From: an uncultured Acidobacteriota bacterium
Lineage (GTDB): Bacteria; Acidobacteriota; Thermoanaerobaculia; Gp7-AA8
Direction: 5' to 3'
DNA: 64,000 nt
Assembly (NCBI GenBank): GCA_963822445.1
Contig: CAWGHO010000002.1
Location: 1,408,001-1,472,000 of the forward strand
Below are positions 58,534-64,000 of the stretch, piece after piece (the stretch's first letter is position 1; each line of letters begins with the position of its first letter). The notes under the pieces were generated by a model, which was not told where the DNA came from, did not search any database, and worked only from the letters and a program-made list of their open reading frames with translations. Both the position numbers and the translations under genes were made by a program.

Positions 58534-58976
58534 GGGAGGAGCCGTGACACAGTCTCCTGAATCTTCTTCCCGTCCGCGCGCCCTTTGAACTTCGCGGTCG
58601 CTTCCTTCATCACCTTCCCCATGTCCTTCTTCGACTGGGCGCCGGTAGATGCGATGATCTCGCGGAGTCCGCTCTCGAGCTCTTCGTCGGACATCTCCGC
58701 GGGCAGGTAAGTCTTCAGCAGCTCCATCTCCGACTTTTCCTTGTCGGCGAGCTCCGTGCGGCCGGCATTGGTGTACTGCTCGATCGAGTCCTGGCGCTGC
58801 TTGACCGCCTTGCGAATCACGGCCATGGCCTCTTCGTCGGAGAGCTCGTGGCCGGAATTGATCTGCTCGTTCTTGAGCGCCGACTGCAGCATGCGCAGCG
58901 TGGAGAGGCGCTCTTTCTCCTGCGCCTTCATCGCCGCGGTCATGTCGGCGCGGATTTTCTCGGTCAGTGCGGCCAT
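58530..58976 (-). CDS. GatB/YqeY domain protein
   Basis: AMKA....L..LR, KQR.DS...Y...GR.EL, YLP, DMGKVM, ADGK; GAGGAG SD. Confidence 0.93.
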   Translation of the reverse strand: MAALTEKIRADMTAAMKAQEKERLSTLRMLQSALKNEQINSGHELSDEEAMAVIRKAVKQRQDSIEQYTNAGRTELADKEKSEMELLKTYLPAEMSDEELESGLREIIASTGAQSKKDMGKVMKEATAKFKGRADGKKIQETVSRLLP

Positions 58977-59013
58977 TGCGTTGCTCCTCGGGCGCATTCT
59001 ATTCTCGCCGCCC

Positions 59014-59580
59014 ATGCCCACGGATCTCCGCGCCCTCCTGGAAGAAACGGGCGCCCTGCTCACCGGCCACTTCCGCCTATCCTCGGGATTGCACAGCCCG
59101 AACTACGTGCAGTGCGCGCGTCTGCTCGAGCATCCGCGGAACGCGAAAGCCATCGGTGCGGATCTCGCGGCGCGCGTCACCGGCGCTGAGAAGATCGTCG
59201 CGCCCGCGCTGGGCGGCGTGATCATCGGCTACACCGTCGCCGACGCGCTCGGCGTGCCGTTCGTTTTCACCGAGCGCAAAGACGGCGCGATGACGCTCCG
59301 CCGCGGATTCACCATCAACGAAGGCGAGAGCGTGGTCATCGTCGAAGACGTGGTCACCACCGGCAAGTCGACGCGGGAGACGGTCGACGTCGTGACGCAA
59401 CAGGGCGGGCGCGTGGTCGGCTTTGCCTCCATTCTCAATCGCAGCGGAAAGGCGAATCCGTTCGATGCGCCGTACGAGGCGTTGCTCGCGTTGAACCTCG
59501 ACACGTACTCCGAAGCGGACTGTCCGCTCTGCGCGAAAGGCGTCCCGCTCGACGCGCCGGGATCGCGCTACTCGAAATGA
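59014..59580 (+). CDS. pyrE: Orotate phosphoribosyltransferase
   Basis: GHF.LSSG.HS..Y.Q, VEDVVTTG. Confidence 0.95.
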   Translation: MPTDLRALLEETGALLTGHFRLSSGLHSPNYVQCARLLEHPRNAKAIGADLAARVTGAEKIVAPALGGVIIGYTVADALGVPFVFTERKDGAMTLRRGFTINEGESVVIVEDVVTTGKSTRETVDVVTQQGGRVVGFASILNRSGKANPFDAPYEALLALNLDTYSEADCPLCAKGVPLDAPGSRYSK

Positions 59581-60029
59581 AGATCGTCACCATCGACGGC
59601 AAGCAGTCCGAGGTTGAGCTCGATGGCTCGGTGCAGGTCGTTGCGGTTCGGGATGAAGAGATCGACCTGCGTGTCGGCGATCGTCAGCACGTCGTGCCGT
59701 ACGTGATCCAGGGCTCGACGATCAGTTTCGTGTTCGAAGGCGAGACCTACGTCGCCGAAGTCACCGATCGTGCGGCGAAAGCGAAGGCGCGGCATCGCGA
59801 TCATTCCACCAGCGCGCCGATGCCCGGGCTCGTGCTCAAACTGCTGGTGAAGCAGGGCGATGTCGTTGCAAAGGCAAGCCCGCTGCTCATCCTCGAGGCC
59901 ATGAAGATGGAGCACCAGATCGTCGCGCCGTACGACGGCACCGTGACCGCCGTGAATTGCAAAGAGGGCGAGCTTGTTCAACCCGGCGTGGAGCTCGTGG
60001 AAGTCACCCGCAATGAAGATCCTCGTTGA
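59577..60029 (+). CDS. Biotin carboxyl carrier protein (acyl-CoA carboxylase C-terminal type)
   Basis: APMPG, EAMKME. Confidence 0.9.
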   Translation: MKIVTIDGKQSEVELDGSVQVVAVRDEEIDLRVGDRQHVVPYVIQGSTISFVFEGETYVAEVTDRAAKAKARHRDHSTSAPMPGLVLKLLVKQGDVVAKASPLLILEAMKMEHQIVAPYDGTVTAVNCKEGELVQPGVELVEVTRNEDPR

Positions 60030-60948
60030 TACCGTCAAGATCGTCGAAGTGGGCCCGCGCGACGGCCTGCAGAACGAAAAAGTCACCATCCCCACCCAGG
60101 TCAAGATCGACTACATCACCGCCCTCGGCGACGCCGGCCTGCGCGTGATCGAAGCGGGCGCGTTCGTCAGTCCGAAGCGGGTTCCGCAGATGGCCGACAC
60201 GGCCGATGTCTATCGGGACATTCCGAAAGATCCCGGCGTCGAGTATCCGGTGCTTGTGCCAAACATGAAGGGTCTCGAGCGCGCGATCGAAGCGGGCGTG
60301 AAATCGATCGCCATCTTCACCGCGTCCTCGGAGACCTTCAACAAACGCAACATCAACATGTCCATCGACGAGTCGTTCGAGAACTATGCGCCGGTCGCGG
60401 CGCGGGCGCGCGAAGAGGGCATTCGCGTTCGCGGCTACGTCTCGACGGCATTCGGTTGTCCGTACGAAGGGGACGTGCCGCCGGAGAAAGTGCTCGAAGT
60501 CTGCGCGCGTTTGCTCGATCTCGGCTGCTACGAAGTTTCCGTCGGGGACACGATCGGCGTCGGCACGCCGATGCAGGTGCAGGGCGTGATCGGCCTTCTT
60601 CGCGACGTGATTCCGGTTTCGCGGCTGGCGATGCATTTCCACGACACCCGCGGCACGGCGCTGGCGAACACGCTCGCCGCGCTGGAGATGGGCATCGCCA
60701 CGTTCGACGCGTCGTCGGGCGGACTCGGTGGCTGTCCGTACGCGCCGGGAGCATCGGGCAATCTCGCGACGGAAGACATCGTCTACATGCTCGACCGGAT
60801 GGCGATCGAGACGGGCGTCGATCTCAATCGCCTCGTGCAGGCCTCGACGATCATCGCCCCCTACCTCGATCATCCGTTGCCCGGCCGTTACCTGCAGGCG
60901 TGCACGCGGAGTGCGATGCCGGTCGCGACGAGCGCTGCCGTACAATGA
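60013..60948 (+). CDS. Hydroxymethylglutaryl-CoA lyase
   Basis: EVGPRDGLQNE, DTIG, HFHDT, GGLGGCPYAPGASGN. Confidence 0.95.
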   Translation: MKILVDTVKIVEVGPRDGLQNEKVTIPTQVKIDYITALGDAGLRVIEAGAFVSPKRVPQMADTADVYRDIPKDPGVEYPVLVPNMKGLERAIEAGVKSIAIFTASSETFNKRNINMSIDESFENYAPVAARAREEGIRVRGYVSTAFGCPYEGDVPPEKVLEVCARLLDLGCYEVSVGDTIGVGTPMQVQGVIGLLRDVIPVSRLAMHFHDTRGTALANTLAALEMGIATFDASSGGLGGCPYAPGASGNLATEDIVYMLDRMAIETGVDLNRLVQASTIIAPYLDHPLPGRYLQACTRSAMPVATSAAVQ

Positions 60949-60951
60949 ATC

Positions 60952-61389
60952 GTGCCTGTCGAGATTCGTGGTCAGCGTCGCGACGGTTGGTACGTCGTTC
61001 CCCACCACGTCGAATTTCGTGATCTCGACGCCTTCGGCCACGTCAACAACGCCGTCTACTTCAGCTACTTCGAATGGGTGCGGTCGCTCCTCTGGTTCGA
61101 GCTGACCGGCTTCGGGGCCGCCCGCGACATCGGCTTCATCGTGGCCCACGCCTCCTGCGATTTCCGCAGGCAGCTCGACCTGGAGCGGATCGATATCTGC
61201 GCTCGCATCAGCGAGTTAGGCACCTCGTCGATGGTTTTCCTTCACGAAATCCGCAAAAACGGTGGCAGCGATGTTGCGGCTACCGGGAAAGTAGTCGTCG
61301 TCATGTTCGACTGGGCAAGCCAATCGAAGGTCCCGATTTCGGAAGGGCTTCGGAGGAAGGTGGCGGAATGGAACGCGGACGCGTCCTGA
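60952..61389 (+). CDS. Acyl-CoA thioesterase (4HBT/YbgC-like)
   Basis: DLDAFGHVNNAVY..Y.E. Confidence 0.9.
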   Translation: MPVEIRGQRRDGWYVVPHHVEFRDLDAFGHVNNAVYFSYFEWVRSLLWFELTGFGAARDIGFIVAHASCDFRRQLDLERIDICARISELGTSSMVFLHEIRKNGGSDVAATGKVVVVMFDWASQSKVPISEGLRRKVAEWNADAS

Positions 61390-62222
61390 CTCACCCGGCA
61401 CTCGCGCGGCGGCGGTTCGTGGAGATCGCCGAGCGGCCTGAGCCATTGCTCGACCTCGTCGAGGCCTCGCTGGTGATCGCTCTCGAAGAGAACCCGGCCC
61501 TCGACATCGCCCAGCACCTCGACAACGTTGCCGGCTGGAGCGAGTGCGTTCGCGGGCGGCTGGAAGGGTCGCGAGAGATCGAGCGGATCGTCGAGACCAT
61601 CAACGCCGTGCTGTTCGACGAGGAGGGCTTCCACGGCGAGGACGAGGATTACTTCGATCCGCGCAGTGCACTGCTCAGCGAAGCCCTCGAACGCCACGCC
61701 GGCCTGCCGATCACGTTGTCCGTTCTCTACATCGAGCTCTCGCGGCGGATGGGCATCGAGGCCACGGGCGTGTCCCTGCCGGGCCGGTTTCTGGTGAAGT
61801 TCACCGGACCCTTCGGAACGATCGTCGTCGACCCGTTCGACGGCGGACGCGTGCTGACCACGCCGGAGCTGCAGAAGCTCCTCGATGCGATGTACGGCGG
61901 TGGCGTGCGGCTTCGCGAACATCACCTTCGCTCGTTCGGCCCGAAGGAGATCCTCGCCCGCGAGCTGGCCCAGCTCAAGGCCGCGTATCTCGCGCAGCAC
62001 GATCTGCCGCGGGCCGCGGCGTCGATCGATCGCCTGCTCATCCTCGACGATCGCGATGCCTGGGAAGTGAAGGATCGCGCCGCGGTGGCGATGCAGATGC
62101 ACGCGTACCGGCAGGCCATCGAGCTGTTCGAGCGCTATCTCACGCTGATGCCCTCCGCCGAGGATCGATTGCGCGTGCGGGAGCAGGTCGGCTATCTCAG
62201 AGCGTGGCTCGACCAGAATTGA
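61368..62222 (+). CDS. SirB1/transglutaminase-like + TPR protein
   Basis: GF.G..EDY.DP, G.PITLS, PG.FL, DPFDGG, C-terminal TPR. Confidence 0.85.
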   Translation: MERGRVLTHPALARRRFVEIAERPEPLLDLVEASLVIALEENPALDIAQHLDNVAGWSECVRGRLEGSREIERIVETINAVLFDEEGFHGEDEDYFDPRSALLSEALERHAGLPITLSVLYIELSRRMGIEATGVSLPGRFLVKFTGPFGTIVVDPFDGGRVLTTPELQKLLDAMYGGGVRLREHHLRSFGPKEILARELAQLKAAYLAQHDLPRAAASIDRLLILDDRDAWEVKDRAAVAMQMHAYRQAIELFERYLTLMPSAEDRLRVREQVGYLRAWLDQN

Positions 62223-62247
62223 CCCTCTGGTAACATCTGCCACTCCC

Positions 62248-62967
62248 GTGATTACCGGCTTCAACACCGACATCAAGCACAACGAGAAGGTCTACCACGT
62301 CCAGACCGAGGACAAAGGTATGGCCAACCCGTACATCGAGTCGCTCGTGTATGTCGGCGGCGAGATCCTGGCGTCGAAGAAGACCTCGTACGCGGAGCAG
62401 CTCAAGACCGGCGTCGATGAGAAATGGATCGGCGGTCTGATGGAGCAGCAGCACCGCACGATGATCGCGGCCATCAAGCGCGGCCGCTTCGATGCGCCGG
62501 CCGACACGACCAAGAACATCCCCCGCCCCACGACGACCCCAACGCTGGCCGCCGACGCCTCGGCGCTGCTCAACACCGGAGAGCGCGCCGCGCTGGTCAT
62601 CGACGATGAGAAGACGCTCGATCAGGTGATCATCGACTACCTCGCTTCCGAGGCGGAGAGCGAGCATCTTGAGCTGTCGCTGATCGATACGATCGATTTC
62701 TTCGCCGGAAATCCGATCGAGCTGCGCGTCGCCGCGCGCAAAAGCCTTTCCCAGTCGCCCATCCCCGCGGCCGCGATCGAAGTCAAAGTGATCTCGACCG
62801 TCGAGCCGCCGCGGGTCATCTTCCGCGGCAAGACCGCCGCCGACGGCACGACCGTCGTCCGCTGCACCATCCCCTCGTTCCGCGAAGGCACCGCCGCCGT
62901 GATCATCTCGGCGCAGAGCCCGATCGGGAACGATGAGGTGAAGCAGCTGGTGAAGCGTAAAAAGTAG
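62248..62967 (+). CDS. Conserved hypothetical protein
   Basis: Coding-like composition; G.NTDI....YHVQTED N-terminal motif. Confidence 0.75.
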   Translation: MITGFNTDIKHNEKVYHVQTEDKGMANPYIESLVYVGGEILASKKTSYAEQLKTGVDEKWIGGLMEQQHRTMIAAIKRGRFDAPADTTKNIPRPTTTPTLAADASALLNTGERAALVIDDEKTLDQVIIDYLASEAESEHLELSLIDTIDFFAGNPIELRVAARKSLSQSPIPAAAIEVKVISTVEPPRVIFRGKTAADGTTVVRCTIPSFREGTAAVIISAQSPIGNDEVKQLVKRKK

Positions 62968-63095
62968 GCAGTACGCGGCTTCGCCGCTCGCGGTAGGCAG
63001 TAGGCAGGAGGCCGCCACCCGACCACGAATGTGCTGGGCCATCGTTCCCCTGCGAGGCGCGAAGCGCCGTACCGCCTACTGCCTACCGCCTACTG
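62964..63095. repeat. Heptamer-armed composite hairpin, family D (GTAGGCA/G ... CYGCCTA) with mirrored mini-hairpins
   Basis: Left GTAGGCAGTAC[GCGGC-TTC-GCCGC]TCGCGG; right CTGCGA[GGCGC-GAA-GCGCC]GTACCGCCTAC. Confidence 0.85.
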
Positions 63096-63130
63096 GTTCC
63101 GCTGGCAGCCTTCTTTCATAGTGCCCGCCT

Positions 63131-64000
63131 GTGTTCCGCCTGAAGTCTGTTCGTGCCCTCGCGCTGCTGGCCGGCATGGCGGCGGTGATTTACGTCGTCA
63201 TCAGCCTTTACCTTCCCTCCTCCCGCCGCCTGATCTTCGGCGTCGACAAGAGCAGCGGCAAGGTCCGGCTGGTCCGCAACACCGTCACTTTTCTCCCGCC
63301 CCATCAGTTCTATCGCCTGCCCTTCGAAAAACGCGAGGGCGCAGCCCAGCACGACGGGCTGGTGCGGATCTACTCCAAAGAGCGCGTCCCCATCACCATC
63401 TACTACCGCCTGCGCTTCATCCTGCCCGGCGAGAAGATTCCTGACGCGCGCACGCTCGTCCGCGAGGGCTGGAGCGCCTGGATCCGCACGCGCGTCGGCG
63501 AGGCCGTTTCCGCGGTCACCCAGCAGGTTCCCCTCGAAGAGCTCGTATCGCCGACCTCCCAGTTTTCCACGCGGCGCGATTCGCTGCGGCAAGTCGTTGC
63601 TCGCCATCTGACGCGCAGCGGACTGCAGGTCACCGGCTTCGCCATCTCCCGCATCGAGCCCGATCGCCGCGTTCTCCTCGATTACAAACGCGCCGAGTTA
63701 CGCCGCGGTGCGCGCGGCGTTGCCGGTCGAGTGGCCGTCTTCGCGATCGACGGCGCGGACTGGGAGCTGCTTTCCGAGCTCGCCAACGACGGACGCATCC
63801 CGAACATCAAAGCGCTCGTGCAGGGCGGCACGACCGCGTCCCTGCAGACCATTCAGCCGACCGTTTCCCCGCTCGTCTGGACGACCGCGGCCACAGGTTT
63901 GCCGCCCGATCGCCACGGCGTGATCGACTTCATCGATCGCGGCCGCAATCGGCCCGTCGATTCCTTCACGCGGCGCTCGCCGGCGGTGTGGGACGTGGCC
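63131..64000 (+). CDS. Membrane-anchored SPFH-like + alkaline-phosphatase-superfamily (NPP) protein, partial
   Basis: Manual translation from GTG 63131: TM, band-7-like segment, then AIDGADW, P.TVSPLVWTT.ATG.PP..HGV.DF. Confidence 0.75.
   Translation, partial: MFRLKSVRALALLAGMAAVIYVVISLYLPSSRRLIFGVDKSSGKVRLVRNTVTFLPPHQFYRLPFEKREGAAQHDGLVRIYSKERVPITIYYRLRFILPGEKIPDARTLVREGWSAWIRTRVGEAVSAVTQQVPLEELVSPTSQFSTRRDSLRQVVARHLTRSGLQVTGFAISRIEPDRRVLLDYKRAELRRGARGVAGRVAVFAIDGADWELLSELANDGRIPNIKALVQGGTTASLQTIQPTVSPLVWTTAATGLPPDRHGVIDFIDRGRNRPVDSFTRRSPAVWDVA

Overview
High-GC (roughly 65%) bacterial chromosomal segment. Gene content and protein style suggest Acidobacteriota, probably Thermoanaerobaculia-like (inference). 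It is mostly housekeeping: a sigma54 two-component pair, a diguanylate cyclase, glgA, waaA/lpxK-lpxL/waaF, hflX, ccsA-like-hemA-hemC-cobA/hemD, fmt-rsmB, GH15, HU, dgt, alr-mlaEF, xseAB-ispA-dxs-vapC-tlyA, rfbD, tatA, pcrA, hbd, moeB, yqeY, pyrE and HMG-CoA lyase. No rRNA, tRNA, CRISPR array or transposase was seen. Most notable: (1) DXS carries a ~49-aa C-terminal tail resembling the small antitoxins that precede PIN toxins, and it directly abuts an intact vapC with no separate antitoxin gene. This is a candidate enzyme-antitoxin fusion TA system. (2) There is a family of hairpins whose arms are 7- or 8-nt tandem repeats with fixed polarity; some supply stop codons or protein sequence (a lipoprotein signal peptide, an in-frame insert). 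(3) REP/REPIN-like elements may donate -10 boxes or an SD. (4) Leaderless-type promoters are pervasive. (5) Sigma54-type promoters precede small envelope proteins. (6) Two conserved genes lack a canonical start codon, and two essential genes contain AT-rich synonymous islands. All family assignments come from motif recognition, not database searches.
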